A stretch of DNA of 64,000 nucleotides from Bdellovibrionales bacterium (GTDB lineage Bacteria; Bdellovibrionota; Bdellovibrionia; Bdellovibrionales; UBA1609): positions 301,823 through 365,822 of the forward strand of contig OZ240230.1 of NCBI GenBank assembly GCA_965197855.1, in the 5' to 3' direction. Shown one piece after another: positions 9,618 through 20,343 of the stretch. The position numbers were made by a program, and so were the translations under genes. Each line of letters starts with the position of its first letter. Positions within the stretch are counted from its first letter, which is position 1. The notes beneath the pieces are model-generated. The model was given only the letters and a program-made list of their open reading frames with translations, ran no database searches and was not told the origin of the DNA.

Positions 9618-10949
9618 TTAAATATTAATAAGTACAGAGACAAAACCTCGATGCAACATTTTGGCATCTTCATGAATGGAATCCATTTGCATAATATATT
9701 TAAAATCAAAAGCCATATCCTTGTTAATAAAGTAACGAGCGGCTATTTGATGGCCTGTATAACCTGTGCCCCCAACATCAGAGTCTACAAAATGACTCAA
9801 CGTTACATCTTTAGGCAACTGGAAGAAATGATATCCGAGATTCCAATGTCCCGTACGATGAGAATGACCTAAAACCCCTCCAACTATGAAACCAAAAGAT
9901 TCTGCAGATGTGAAATTGGACTCAGCACCAAAGTTTTGCGTCAACTGCAAAGATAAAGAAAGAGGAACAGGATAAAATCTAATACTTTTAATGTTCATCT
10001 GTAAAAATAAATCGATAACAGAATAGTTATACATTAATTTTCTCTGTGCAGGTATTTCGACTGCAGAAGCACTTTCCTCTACTGACTCATTTTCAACTAC
10101 TGTAGTGGAATTTCTTCTACTCTCCGACAAAGCCCCTTTAGTTTGAACATTGTGATAGCTGACACCAGTACGCAAATCATAATCATTATTAGACATCAAT
10201 GCTTGAGCAGAAGCAGAAAACATGCCTTTATTTTGAGCATCAAACCATTCTTCATCTCTAAGAAGAAATCCTAATGATTGTTTTCGACTACTTAATTCTG
10301 TGCCATCATGCCTCCTCTCCACATCCGAGGCTGTAATCTGAGGCAATACAGGATTCACAAAAAACCATGAAGTTCTAAGATCAAATATATAACGGTTTTG
10401 AACAGATTTCCGATAGTGGGCAGAAACCCCTTCAGGAGCCAAATCTTCATCCCACAGAGGATTGTAACGAAGAGAATCCAAAAAAGGACTGCGATCTAAC
10501 TTCCCGAACTTTAAAACAGCATTTTCAACAGGTGAATAGGATACATAAGCGCCACTCAACCAAATAGGTTTTCCATCAAAACCACCCACAAACTGATCTT
10601 GATCATAATTTAAAACAGGTCGATAGTTATCTCCCTGTCCTCCAGATGCTAATTTAAAACTCCAAGACATCTGAGGATTGATATGTCCTTCAAAGCCCCC
10701 TCTCACACGAAGTTGAAAAGCATGTGTCAATTCTTGTTCAAAAAAATTCATATATCGGAATCTCATATCTCCATCAAAACCAAATGAATCCTCTGAGTTT
10801 AAGGAATCTGATTCCAATGACTGTACCAAACGATTGGATTGACCGGCCATATAAGCAACAAGCAAAGAAGAATTTAAATCTCTGCTAGTCTCAGCATGAG
10901 CCATCAACCCCCACATAAAAAATAAAATAATTAACAATTTCAATTTCAT
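9618..10949 (-). CDS. outer-membrane porin-like beta-barrel protein
   Basis: Signal peptide MKLKLLIILFFMWGLMAHA and a 443-aa sequence rich in alternating aromatic/Gly strands. First gene of the minus-strand cluster. Confidence 0.4.
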   Translation of the reverse strand: MKLKLLIILFFMWGLMAHAETSRDLNSSLLVAYMAGQSNRLVQSLESDSLNSEDSFGFDGDMRFRYMNFFEQELTHAFQLRVRGGFEGHINPQMSWSFKLASGGQGDNYRPVLNYDQDQFVGGFDGKPIWLSGAYVSYSPVENAVLKFGKLDRSPFLDSLRYNPLWDEDLAPEGVSAHYRKSVQNRYIFDLRTSWFFVNPVLPQITASDVERRHDGTELSSRKQSLGFLLRDEEWFDAQNKGMFSASAQALMSNNDYDLRTGVSYHNVQTKGALSESRRNSTTVVENESVEESASAVEIPAQRKLMYNYSVIDLFLQMNIKSIRFYPVPLSLSLQLTQNFGAESNFTSAESFGFIVGGVLGHSHRTGHWNLGYHFFQLPKDVTLSHFVDSDVGGTGYTGHQIAARYFINKDMAFDFKYIMQMDSIHEDAKMLHRGFVSVLINI

Positions 10950-11235
10950 TACCTCTTAAAAAAGAACTAAACAGACTTCAAAAGCTGACAGAGTCCTTTC
11001 TAAATCAAACGGATAAATACCCTAAATCACTGAATAAATACTAGCAAATTAAGGTTAAGATTTTGTTAAGAGTACGTTAGGTTTTTGTTAATCTTGCAAA
11101 AGAGTGATAAAAACCATATAAAAAGCCCTTTCTGAAGTTGATTATTGATTTTGGAAGTGGCCGGTATATATATTTTAAACAGATAAAAATGAAAGGGCTC
11201 GTCAAGAACTCGCCAATTATTTTGAAGGAGAAGCA

Positions 11236-13338
11236 ATGGGACAAAAAAGAGATATCGAAAAAATTAGAAATATAGGAATTTCAGCGCATATTGACTCTGG
11301 AAAAACAACCTTAACAGAAAGAATCTTGTTTTACACAGGACGTATCCACACCATACATGATGTCAAAGGCAAAGATGGTGTGGGAGCGAAAATGGACTCT
11401 ATGGAGTTAGAGCGAGAAAGAGGTATTACAATTAAATCTGCCGCTACTTCCGTTCAATGGAAAGACGGCGCTATTAATATTATTGATACCCCTGGACATG
11501 TGGATTTCACCATTGAAGTGGAAAGAGCTCTTCGTGTTTTAGATGGAGCTATTTTGGTGTTATGCGGAGTTGCTGGAGTTCAATCTCAATCTATTACTGT
11601 GGATCGACAAATGCGACGTTATAAAGTGCCGCGAATTGCCTTTATCAATAAATTAGATCGAGTAGGAGCTAATCCTTTCCGTGTCACTGAAATGCTAAGA
11701 GAAAAGTTAAACCTTAATGCTGTTTTAATGCAGATTCCTATTGGATTGGAAGATAAGCATGAGGGTGTTGTAGATCTGGTTCGAGGAAAAGCTGTTTATT
11801 TTACAGGTGAACAAGGTGAAAAAATGGAATATGGGGAAATTCCAGATGATCTTAAGAAAGATTACAAAAAATACAGAAATGAAATGATTGAAAAATTAGC
11901 AGATTTTAATGATGAACTGGCTGAAAAATTCCTAAACGAAGAAGAAGTGTCAGAAGATTTAATCCACAAAGTTTGCAGAAAAGCCTGTCTTGCTTTAGAG
12001 ATTACACCTGTTTTCATGGGTTCCGCCTTTAAAAATAAAGGAGTGCAAGCTTGTTTGAATGCTGTCTTAGCTTATCTGCCCACACCTTATGATATTCAAA
12101 ATGAAGCCTTGGATATGGAACAAGAAGAAAAAGAAATTCCCGTAGCTGTAGATCCGGAAAAACCTTTTGTAGGCTTGGCTTTTAAGTTGGAAGACGGACG
12201 CTTTGGACAATTAACATATATGAGAATTTATCAAGGCACCGTAAAAAAAGGAGATTTTATTATCAACAGTCGAACGCAAAAAAAAGTCAAAGTACCACGT
12301 CTGGTTTATATGCATGCCGATGATATGGAAGATATTGAATCAGCTTCAGCAGGTGATATTGTGGCCTTTTTTGGAATTGACTGTGCTTCCGGAGATACCT
12401 TTTGTGACGACAAGATTCGCTACACGATGACCTCTATGTTTGTACCGGAGCCTGTGATGTCTTTAGCTGTATCTCCCAAGGAAAGATCAGGGTCCGCGAA
12501 TTTTACCAAAGCACTTCAAAAATTTAGAAAAGAAGACCCTACATTTTTTGTTCACAGAGATGAAGAATCCGCTCAAACCATTATCTCGGGTATGGGTGAA
12601 CTTCATTTAAATATTTACATTGAAAGAATGAAAAGAGAATTTTCCTGTGATGTGGTCACTGGGCAACCTCAGGTGGCTTACCGTGAAACCATTTCTAAAC
12701 CTATAGATTTTGATTACACTCACAAAAAGCAGACAGGAGGAGCAGGACAATTTGCCAAAGTGGTAGGAAGCCTTGAACCGATGGATCAAAACGCCGCTAA
12801 AAACTATGAGTTTGTCAGTCGAATCACAGGAGGAAAAATTCCTAAAGAGTACATTCCAGCTGTGGATAAAGGTTTTATAGAACAAATGAAAAAAGGACCC
12901 CTTATTGGCTTTCCTATTGTTGGTGTTAAAGCATGTTTAACGGATGGAGCTTACCACGATGTGGACTCTTCAGAGCTGGCTTTTAAAGTTTGTGCCATGG
13001 CCGCATTTCGTGAGGCTTACCTCAAAGCAAAACCAACAGCTTTGGAACCTATTATGAAGCTAGAGGTATCTTGTCCTGAAGAATTTCAAGGTAATGTGAT
13101 TGGAAATATTAACCAAAGAAGAGGAGTTATTAAAGGAACTCATTCCACGGATCAGTTTACAACTATTGAAGCCGAAACTCCCCTTTCAGAAATGTTCAAT
13201 TACTCCACAGAGCTTCGCTCCTCTACACAAGGCAAAGGAGAATTCACAATGGAATTTTCTCACTATAGCAAAGTCCCTCAAGTGATACAGGAACAACTTG
13301 CTAAAGAATATACAGAGAAAAAAGCAGGCTCTTCATGA
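11236..13338 (+). CDS. fusA: translation elongation factor G
   Basis: [34 protein letters not shown] and NKLDR GTPase motifs. 700 aa, with full-length similarity to EF-G. Confidence 0.95.
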   Translation: MGQKRDIEKIRNIGISAHIDSGKTTLTERILFYTGRIHTIHDVKGKDGVGAKMDSMELERERGITIKSAATSVQWKDGAINIIDTPGHVDFTIEVERALRVLDGAILVLCGVAGVQSQSITVDRQMRRYKVPRIAFINKLDRVGANPFRVTEMLREKLNLNAVLMQIPIGLEDKHEGVVDLVRGKAVYFTGEQGEKMEYGEIPDDLKKDYKKYRNEMIEKLADFNDELAEKFLNEEEVSEDLIHKVCRKACLALEITPVFMGSAFKNKGVQACLNAVLAYLPTPYDIQNEALDMEQEEKEIPVAVDPEKPFVGLAFKLEDGRFGQLTYMRIYQGTVKKGDFIINSRTQKKVKVPRLVYMHADDMEDIESASAGDIVAFFGIDCASGDTFCDDKIRYTMTSMFVPEPVMSLAVSPKERSGSANFTKALQKFRKEDPTFFVHRDEESAQTIISGMGELHLNIYIERMKREFSCDVVTGQPQVAYRETISKPIDFDYTHKKQTGGAGQFAKVVGSLEPMDQNAAKNYEFVSRITGGKIPKEYIPAVDKGFIEQMKKGPLIGFPIVGVKACLTDGAYHDVDSSELAFKVCAMAAFREAYLKAKPTALEPIMKLEVSCPEEFQGNVIGNINQRRGVIKGTHSTDQFTTIEAETPLSEMFNYSTELRSSTQGKGEFTMEFSHYSKVPQVIQEQLAKEYTEKKAGSS

Positions 13339-13877
13339 TTTTATCCGATCATTCCATCAAGGATTTATTAAAAACAAAAAAGCTTGAAATTAGTGATGTA
13401 CCTCTCTCATCCATACAATCAGCTTCTGTAGATCTTCGCTTAGGCTCTCAGTTTGCTATTTTGAAATATTGGGAAAAAATGGATATTTTAAATTTTAATT
13501 CAGACCCTCATTATCTTAAAGTGGACTCTGATGAATTTGTGGTACCTGCTCAATCTTTTGTATTGGGTACAACAAAAGAAACAATTAAACTGCCTTCTAA
13601 CATAACTGCTTTTTTGGAAGGACGAAGTTCTATTGGACGGATGGGGCTTTTCATTCAAAATGCCGGTTGGGTGGCTCCGGGTTTTAAAGGACAAATTGTA
13701 CTAGAACTTTTTAACGCCAACACTATGCCTATTCGCCTCAAAGCAAACCACAGAATATGTCAAATTGTACTTTGTCAGATGGACCAGCCTCCTCAAAGCA
13801 TCTATAAAGGCAAATATCAAAACCAAATAGGAGTTATGGGGAGCCAAATCTCTAAGGATATTGAAAATAAAAAATAA
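13335..13877 (+). CDS. dcd: dCTP deaminase
   Basis: [38 protein letters not shown] family motifs. ATGA overlap with the fusA stop codon. Confidence 0.85.
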   Translation: MILSDHSIKDLLKTKKLEISDVPLSSIQSASVDLRLGSQFAILKYWEKMDILNFNSDPHYLKVDSDEFVVPAQSFVLGTTKETIKLPSNITAFLEGRSSIGRMGLFIQNAGWVAPGFKGQIVLELFNANTMPIRLKANHRICQIVLCQMDQPPQSIYKGKYQNQIGVMGSQISKDIENKK

Positions 13878-13982
13878 TTTGCTACAAACACCCTTTTATT
13901 GTTACTCTATTTTAAAGCTTATGCCTGAAGACTCTTCAAATTCTGATCCTTTACCCCAGTTAGTGCATTTTACGGGTTTTAA

Positions 13983-15029
13983 ATGAACCTGTTGATTTTT
14001 TTCTTTTTACTGGCGGTCGTAATTTCTTTTATCTGTTCTTTGCTGGAAGCTTGTTTTCTTTCTATCAGTGGAGTTTATATTCAATCCCAAATTAAGAAAG
14101 GGCGTCACTTTGCCTTTATCTTAAGACAGTTTAAACAGAACATGAACCGCCCCTTGAGTGCCATTTTAACTTTAAATACTCTTGCCAATACAGTGGGAGC
14201 CGCAGGAGTGGGAGCTCAAGTACATTTTTTATTTGGCAGTTCTTATGTAGCTCTGTTTTCAGGAATTTTAACTTTTGTAATTCTAATTTTTGCAGAAATT
14301 ATTCCAAAAAACTTAGGCGCTTCTCATTGGCGGTCTATTGCTCCTGCATGCGCCTATGTCATTAAATATTTAATTTATATCACTTATCCTACAGTTTGGA
14401 TTTCTGAAAAAATAAACAAGTTATTGTCCAAAAGATCAAGAACTTCAGTCACAAAAGAAGAAATTATTGCGGCGGCTGAAATAGGAGCTGAAGCGGGAGT
14501 TATTGGGCAAAAGGAAAGCCATATTATTATCAACTCTTTAACTATGGATTCTCTAAAAGTTTCTGAAATTATGACTCCAAGATCTGTCATTTTTGCTTTG
14601 GATCAAAATATGACTATCGGGGAAGTGATTAAGAAAAATAAAAATATTTCTTACTCTCGTATTCCTATTTATAACAACAATTTGGAAACTATTGAGGGTA
14701 TGATTCATCGATATAAAATTTTTGAGGCTCAGTCATTGGGTTTGTCTAATATGAAGTTATCAGAATACCGGGTGCCTTTACATGTGATCCCTGAACACAT
14801 TTCAGTTGCGGCTACAATGGATCAGTTTATAAAGAGAAAGGAACATATTTTTTTAGTTGTGGATGAATATGGAATGACAACAGGTTTAGTCACTTTAGAG
14901 GACGCTGTTGAAACTATTTTGGGTGTGGAAATTGTAGATGAATTGGATTCTGTAGAAGATCTGAGACAGTTGGCTATTGATAAATGGAAAGAGCGAAAGC
15001 AATTTCTAGGAGAGAGAACAAATAGTTAG
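13983..15029 (+). CDS. CNNM/HlyC-CorC family transporter (DUF21 membrane domain plus CBS pair)
   Basis: Four N-terminal TM helices, AEIIPKNLG motif, then a CBS-pair region (VSEIMTPRSVIFAL..; LVVDEYGMTTGLVTLEDAVETILG). Confidence 0.8.
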   Translation: MNLLIFFFLLAVVISFICSLLEACFLSISGVYIQSQIKKGRHFAFILRQFKQNMNRPLSAILTLNTLANTVGAAGVGAQVHFLFGSSYVALFSGILTFVILIFAEIIPKNLGASHWRSIAPACAYVIKYLIYITYPTVWISEKINKLLSKRSRTSVTKEEIIAAAEIGAEAGVIGQKESHIIINSLTMDSLKVSEIMTPRSVIFALDQNMTIGEVIKKNKNISYSRIPIYNNNLETIEGMIHRYKIFEAQSLGLSNMKLSEYRVPLHVIPEHISVAATMDQFIKRKEHIFLVVDEYGMTTGLVTLEDAVETILGVEIVDELDSVEDLRQLAIDKWKERKQFLGERTNS

Positions 15030-15090
15030 TACAGCAGGAAGTCTTTAAGACTTGAACGACCGCAAAAATTCACATACATATAAACGGAAA

Positions 15091-15173
15091 GCCTTGGTGG
15101 CGGAATGGTAGACGCGCATGACTCAAAATCATGTGGCCGTAAGGCCGTGGGAGTTCAAGTCTCCCCCGGGGCA
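15091..15173 (+). tRNA. tRNA-Leu (anticodon CAA), long variable arm
   Basis: Hand-folded. Acceptor gccttgg/ccggggc (two G-U pairs). Anticodon stem catga/tcatg with loop ctCAAaa. Long variable arm. T-arm gggag-ttcaagt-ctccc. No encoded CCA. Confidence 0.9.
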
Positions 15174-15177
15174 CAAC

Positions 15178-17160
15178 TTATTTAGATACTAGATCAAGGA
15201 GCTCATATCTTTTGATTTGATCACGAAGCCGAACTGCTTCTTCAAAATCCAAACGATCCGATGCTGATTTCATTTGTTTTTTTAAATCGACAATTCTTTT
15301 TGGAAGACTTTGTTTCGCAACCTGATCTTGTTTAATATTTTCTCTATCAAATCCATAAATCTCCATCAGCTCTTTTGGAACAGACTTTTGAATAGTTCGA
15401 GGTATGATATTATGATCCTGATTAAATTTTTCCTGAATTTCCCTTCTTCTGTTTGTTTCATCTATCGCTAACTGCATGGAAGAAGTGATTTGATCAGCAT
15501 AAAGAATGACCTGACCTTCCACATTTCTGGCGGCTCTTCCCATTGTTTGAATTAACGATCGAGTGGAGCGAAGAAAACCCTCCCTATCCGCATCCATAAT
15601 AGCGACTAAACCTACTTCCGGTAAATCCAAACCTTCTCTCAATAAGTTAATGCCCACAAGAACAGTAAATACACCCAGACGCAAATCTTTTAAAATAGAT
15701 GTTCTCTCTATAGTTTTAATATCACTATGCAAATAACGTGCTTTAATGCCCAATTTTTGAAAATAAGATGTCAGATCTTCCGCCATTTTTTTTGTTAAAG
15801 TGGTCACTAAAGAACGATGCCCTTTTTTATTTTGTTTTTGAATTTCTGATAAAAGATCATCGACTTGATTACGTACAGGATGTATTTTAATTTCCGGATC
15901 CACAAGCCCTGTGGGGCGAATAATTTGTTCCACAACTGTGGGGCCGCTTTTTTCCAACTCATAAGGGCCAGGAGTTGCTGACACATAAACCACACGATCC
16001 AAGAAGTTTTCAAATTCATTAAAATTTAAAGGACGATTATCCAAAGCGGAAGGCAGACGAAAACCATATTCCACTAAAGTGGTTTTTCGTTTTCGATCCC
16101 CTGCATACATACCCCCTACTTGAGGCACAGTAATATGACTTTCATCAATAACCATAAGAAATTTTTCAGGAAAATACTCCAATAAAGTGGGAGGAGGCTC
16201 TCCTGGCTTTCTTCCTGAAAAATGTCTGGAATAATTTTCTATACCGGGACACATCCCCATCTCCCGAATAATTTCCAAATCATATAAAGTTCTCTTTTTG
16301 AGACGATCCATCTCCAAAATTTTCTTCTGTGATCTTAAAACCTTTAGATGATCTTTTAACTCTTTCCGAATTTCCACAATAGCTTTTTTATGTTTCTCCT
16401 GAGTGCTGACATAGTGGCTGACCGGATAAAAAGAAACTTTTTGACACTCATAGAAAGTTTCACCTGTAATGGGATCTATACAACTCATGCGATCAATATA
16501 ATCTCCAAAAAATTCAATACGAAAAGCTTTTTGATCTTCATGGGGAGGAAAAATATCCACTGTATCTCCCCTCACTCGAAAAACTCCCCTGTGAAAATCC
16601 TCGTCATTTCTTATAAATTGAATGGATACCAAGTTTTTTAAAAGCTCATCACGCTCTATCTTTTGATTAAAAAATAAATGAATGGATAATTCTTCATAAT
16701 CAGAAGGACTTCCTAAACCATAAATACAGGAGACACTACTGACAATAATGACATCTTTTCTACTCATCAGTGCATGAGTGGCTGAATGTCTCATACGGTC
16801 AATTTGATCATTAATAGAAGAGTCTTTTTCTATGTAGGTGTCTGAGACAGGTAAATAAGCTTCCGGTTGATAGTAATCATAATAGCTCACAAAATATTCC
16901 ACAGCATTCTTAGGAAATAACTCTTTAAATTCAGAAAAAAGCTGAGCCGCTAAAGTTTTATTAGGGGCCAAAACCAAAGTAGGAATTTTTAATCTTTCAA
17001 TAATATGAGCAATCGTAAAAGTTTTACCGGAACCGGTCACCCCTAGAAGAACCTGATGATTTTTATTTTTTGTAAAGTTAAAGCATAAGGTATCAACAGC
17101 CGGCCCCTGAGACCCTGCTAAAGTAAATGAAGATTTCAGCTGAAACATATTCCCTGTCAT
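15178..17160 (-). CDS. uvrB: excinuclease ABC subunit B
   Basis: GVTGSGKTFT Walker A, DESH box (VIDESHITVPQ), helicase motifs, and a C-terminal UVR domain (LDFEEAVRLRDQI). Confidence 0.95.
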   Translation of the reverse strand: MTGNMFQLKSSFTLAGSQGPAVDTLCFNFTKNKNHQVLLGVTGSGKTFTIAHIIERLKIPTLVLAPNKTLAAQLFSEFKELFPKNAVEYFVSYYDYYQPEAYLPVSDTYIEKDSSINDQIDRMRHSATHALMSRKDVIIVSSVSCIYGLGSPSDYEELSIHLFFNQKIERDELLKNLVSIQFIRNDEDFHRGVFRVRGDTVDIFPPHEDQKAFRIEFFGDYIDRMSCIDPITGETFYECQKVSFYPVSHYVSTQEKHKKAIVEIRKELKDHLKVLRSQKKILEMDRLKKRTLYDLEIIREMGMCPGIENYSRHFSGRKPGEPPPTLLEYFPEKFLMVIDESHITVPQVGGMYAGDRKRKTTLVEYGFRLPSALDNRPLNFNEFENFLDRVVYVSATPGPYELEKSGPTVVEQIIRPTGLVDPEIKIHPVRNQVDDLLSEIQKQNKKGHRSLVTTLTKKMAEDLTSYFQKLGIKARYLHSDIKTIERTSILKDLRLGVFTVLVGINLLREGLDLPEVGLVAIMDADREGFLRSTRSLIQTMGRAARNVEGQVILYADQITSSMQLAIDETNRRREIQEKFNQDHNIIPRTIQKSVPKELMEIYGFDRENIKQDQVAKQSLPKRIVDLKKQMKSASDRLDFEEAVRLRDQIKRYELLDLVSK

Positions 17161-17166
17161 AATACT

Positions 17167-19257
17167 TTACTGTAAATCATTAAGAATAACTGTAACAATT
17201 CTATCTTGAGGCAAAAACTCTCCTGAAAAAGGAATGGAGGCGCGCACCAATCCCGAACCCTTGACTTTTAATTTCACATTAAATTCGTTTGCTTTTTGAA
17301 AAGCCTCTCTTAAACTCAAACCCACAAAATTAGGAGTCTTCTCTTTGGAAATTTTTTCATTGATCACGGGTTTAATGGGAGTTTCTGCAGACGTTAAAAT
17401 ATTTGGCTCCTCCACAAAAGAAGGAGGGATTCCAGCTCTCCGAACAGCATAAGAGCCGACAGTTGAAAAAACAGGAGCCGCAACAGTAGAGCCATAAAAC
17501 TTTGTCGTCGGTTCATCCACTGCAATATAAATAACAAAACGCGGATGATCCGCTGGCACAAATCCAATAAAACTGGAAATATATTTGCCTTTTACATACC
17601 CTCTTTTCTTGGGATCTGTCTTTTGAGCTGTACCCGTTTTACCTGCTGTCAAAAATCCTTCAATTCTTGCTCGAAAACCGGTGCCCTCTTGAGAAACAGC
17701 TTGAGTGAGCATAAAAGTTAAAATTTCAGATTGTTCCTTAGTAAAAATCCTTCTGACTAAAGAAGAACCCTCAGCCTTTTTTTTGTGTCCACCCAAATGA
17801 ATAGTGGAATGTAATATATAAGGCTTTTTCAACAAACCTCCATTAGCTATAGCCGTATAAGCTGTGGCCATTTGAAGCGGTGTCGCAGACACTCCCTGAC
17901 CAAAACCAACATTGGCTGTTAAAATATCCCTCCAAGGCAAATCTTGCAAAGCACCTCTTCCTTCGAGAGGGAAATCCACTTCCAATTTCTCACCAAATCC
18001 CATCTCTTTAAGTGAAGGATACAACACCTGATCTGTCAGTCTCAAAGCCAGCACAGCCGCCCCTACATTAGAAGAAACTGCTAACATTTTGGAAATAGAA
18101 ATTTTCTTATAACCATGATCTGCTTCCGCTTCACGAATAATATGTTTTCCAATTTTTAATTTCCCATCTCCTCCATCAAATAAAGTATGAGGAGGAATAT
18201 TTTCTTTCAGTGCTATTGCGGCAATAAAAGTTTTAAAAGTACTACCTGGCTCAAAAGAGTCTGCTATAATACGATTTCGATACAATTCAGATGAATAACG
18301 AAAGGGATTATTGGGATTGAAATTAGGAGAATGAGCTAAAGCTAAAATTTCTGATGTTTGTGCATTCAAAATAAGCCCCATAGCCGAACGAGCTTTAAAA
18401 GACTTAATAACTGTACTTAACTCCCTCTCCAAAACAAATTGCAAATCACTATCAATAGTTAAATAAATATCCGAACCTCTGGTTTTATTAATAAACATTC
18501 CCCCATCAATAAACAGAGGACGTCCTCTAGCATCTCTGGGAGTTACAATTTTTTGTTCGGTCCCGCTCAATAAATCATCATAGACAAGCTCCAATCCTTC
18601 CAAACCACGACCGTTTGCTCCTGTAAAACCCAAAATCTGAGACATTAAAGTTTCGTTCGGATAAACCCTCTTTGGCTCCTCGATAAAACCTAACCCATAA
18701 ACATTCCAGGAAAGAATTTTTTCTCTTTCCTTATCCAGAGCATGCCTTTTAATCCATACAAAACGTTTTTTCTTGTTTCTGATTTTTTTTAAGATCTTTC
18801 CTCGAGAAATTTTTATCAATCGGGATAAACGATCTGCCGTTTCAAAGGAATTCTTAATTAAAGAAGGATCCGCAAACAAAGAATGTGAGGAAACGGATAA
18901 AGCTAATTCTCTTCCATATCGATCATAAATAATCCCCCGGCGAGGTTTAATGGTAACCACTTTTTCAAATAGATTTTTTTTTGTTTTGATTATTTTTTCA
19001 TCTGGAAGTAGTTGAAGCCTAGCCCCTTTCACCCATAATAGAAGAGAACAAGCAATCATCAAAAAACATAAAATTAAAACTCTCTTGTTTTTATCAGTGC
19101 GGCTAAAAAAAATGGAGCCCCATTGAGCAGAAGTATTAGGAAGCTGTTTAGTGAATTTAAAAAACTTACTGAGGAATGGCAATTTTACCTCCAACAAGTA
19201 GAATAACCTGCCCTTTGCGAGCTCGATCCAAAGTGAGTTGAGAGCGGGCAATATCAT
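17167..19257 (-). CDS. ftsI: penicillin-binding protein / peptidoglycan D,D-transpeptidase (FtsI-like) with C-terminal PASTA-like domain
   Basis: Transpeptidase motifs (PGSTFK, SSN, KTGT) and a C-terminal PASTA-like region (NFVGLSLREAFQKANEFNVKLKVKGSGLV). Lies after ftsL. The ORF start overlaps ftsL by 92 nt, so the real start is probably further downstream. Confidence 0.85.
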   Translation of the reverse strand: MILPALNSLWIELAKGRLFYLLEVKLPFLSKFFKFTKQLPNTSAQWGSIFFSRTDKNKRVLILCFLMIACSLLLWVKGARLQLLPDEKIIKTKKNLFEKVVTIKPRRGIIYDRYGRELALSVSSHSLFADPSLIKNSFETADRLSRLIKISRGKILKKIRNKKKRFVWIKRHALDKEREKILSWNVYGLGFIEEPKRVYPNETLMSQILGFTGANGRGLEGLELVYDDLLSGTEQKIVTPRDARGRPLFIDGGMFINKTRGSDIYLTIDSDLQFVLERELSTVIKSFKARSAMGLILNAQTSEILALAHSPNFNPNNPFRYSSELYRNRIIADSFEPGSTFKTFIAAIALKENIPPHTLFDGGDGKLKIGKHIIREAEADHGYKKISISKMLAVSSNVGAAVLALRLTDQVLYPSLKEMGFGEKLEVDFPLEGRGALQDLPWRDILTANVGFGQGVSATPLQMATAYTAIANGGLLKKPYILHSTIHLGGHKKKAEGSSLVRRIFTKEQSEILTFMLTQAVSQEGTGFRARIEGFLTAGKTGTAQKTDPKKRGYVKGKYISSFIGFVPADHPRFVIYIAVDEPTTKFYGSTVAAPVFSTVGSYAVRRAGIPPSFVEEPNILTSAETPIKPVINEKISKEKTPNFVGLSLREAFQKANEFNVKLKVKGSGLVRASIPFSGEFLPQDRIVTVILNDLQ

Positions 19258-19453
19258 TCAACCTTGAACCTTGAGTGAGTTTTAAATAATTCATCAAATC
19301 TTTGTGATACCGATCTGATAAAATCTGATACTGGCGGCTTTGTCTTAAAATGGAGTAGTTGATTCGACGCGCCTCCATTTTAACAAAGACTATTAAAAAT
19401 AAAGAAACAATAATCATCATAATACTAAAGAAAGGGCGAAGGGAATCAGACAT
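19166..19453 (-). CDS. ftsL: cell division protein FtsL-like
   Basis: 95 aa with a single N-terminal TM helix, then a coiled-coil-like region. Conserved position between rsmH and ftsI. Confidence 0.55.
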   Translation of the reverse strand: MSDSLRPFFSIMMIIVSLFLIVFVKMEARRINYSILRQSRQYQILSDRYHKDLMNYLKLTQGSRLNDIARSQLTLDRARKGQVILLVGGKIAIPQ

Positions 19454-20330
19454 TGCATATCCTTTGAAAAATTCTTAGTTGAGCGCTTCGGCTTCTGGGG
19501 TTAGACAAAACTTCCTCCCTGGAAGGACGGATTACTTTCTTATTAACTAAAACACCCTCGTTTTTCAAACAAGATTGTTTAAATACTTGTTTTACAATGC
19601 AGGCTTCTAAAGAATGGAATGTAATAACAAAAATTCTTCCTTGATTCCGCAAGGATTGGATTAAAAAAGGCAAAGATTCCCTCAATCCTTCTAATTCATT
19701 ATTCACTTTTAATCTTAAAGCTAGAAAATAAGGAGTGGCAGGATGTTTATTCCTCCATGGTGTTGTTTTCTCAATGAGGCGAGCCAATTTTACAGTCGAT
19801 TCAATTTTCTGTTTTTTTCTCTCTCTTAGAATAGATCGGACTACAGGTCTGGGGTTTTTGACTTCTCCCAATTCTTTAAATATCTGAATCAATTCCTCTT
19901 CTGTAGATTGATGGATAATCTCTTCAGCAGTTTGTTGAATATCCTGATTCATTCTCATATCTAAAGGACCTTCCTTATAGAAACTAAATCCTCTTTCTGG
20001 CTCATCCAATTGAGGAGAACTAGGCCCTAAATCCAAAAGAATCATGTCCAATCCGTCCTGAATGGAATATTTTAGAAAAAATTCCTCTTTTTTAGGATGA
20101 AAATAATGAAAATTTAAATGATGAATAGAACAATTAGACAATTGAAAATGTTTTTTTCCCCAATCCACTGCTTGATGATCTTGATCTAAAGCAATGATCT
20201 TCAAATGAGGCCATCTTTTTTTCAAAGCCAAGCTATGCCCTCCCCGACCAAATGTTGCATCTAACATCGATACGTAGTTCTCTTGATAATGCATTAAAAC
20301 TTCATTGACCAACACAGACTTATGATTCAT
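19446..20330 (-). CDS. rsmH: 16S rRNA (cytosine1402-N4)-methyltransferase
   Basis: HKSVLVNEV..DATFGRGGHS..DLGPSSPQLD..RGFSF motifs of MraW/RsmH. Confidence 0.9.
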   Translation of the reverse strand: MNHKSVLVNEVLMHYQENYVSMLDATFGRGGHSLALKKRWPHLKIIALDQDHQAVDWGKKHFQLSNCSIHHLNFHYFHPKKEEFFLKYSIQDGLDMILLDLGPSSPQLDEPERGFSFYKEGPLDMRMNQDIQQTAEEIIHQSTEEELIQIFKELGEVKNPRPVVRSILRERKKQKIESTVKLARLIEKTTPWRNKHPATPYFLALRLKVNNELEGLRESLPFLIQSLRNQGRIFVITFHSLEACIVKQVFKQSCLKNEGVLVNKKVIRPSREEVLSNPRSRSAQLRIFQRICNV

Positions 20331-20343
20331 ATTTTACTCCACC

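Noticed and set aside
13921-13986. 21-codon upstream ORF overlapping the start of the CNNM-family gene (ATGA)
   Set aside because: There is no RBS and no conservation evidence. Such an ORF is easily produced by chance in AT-rich DNA.
17167-19257. Full 696-aa extent of the FtsI-like ORF
   Set aside because: The first ~30 codons overlap ftsL and precede the membrane anchor. The gene call is kept, but the listed start is probably too far upstream.
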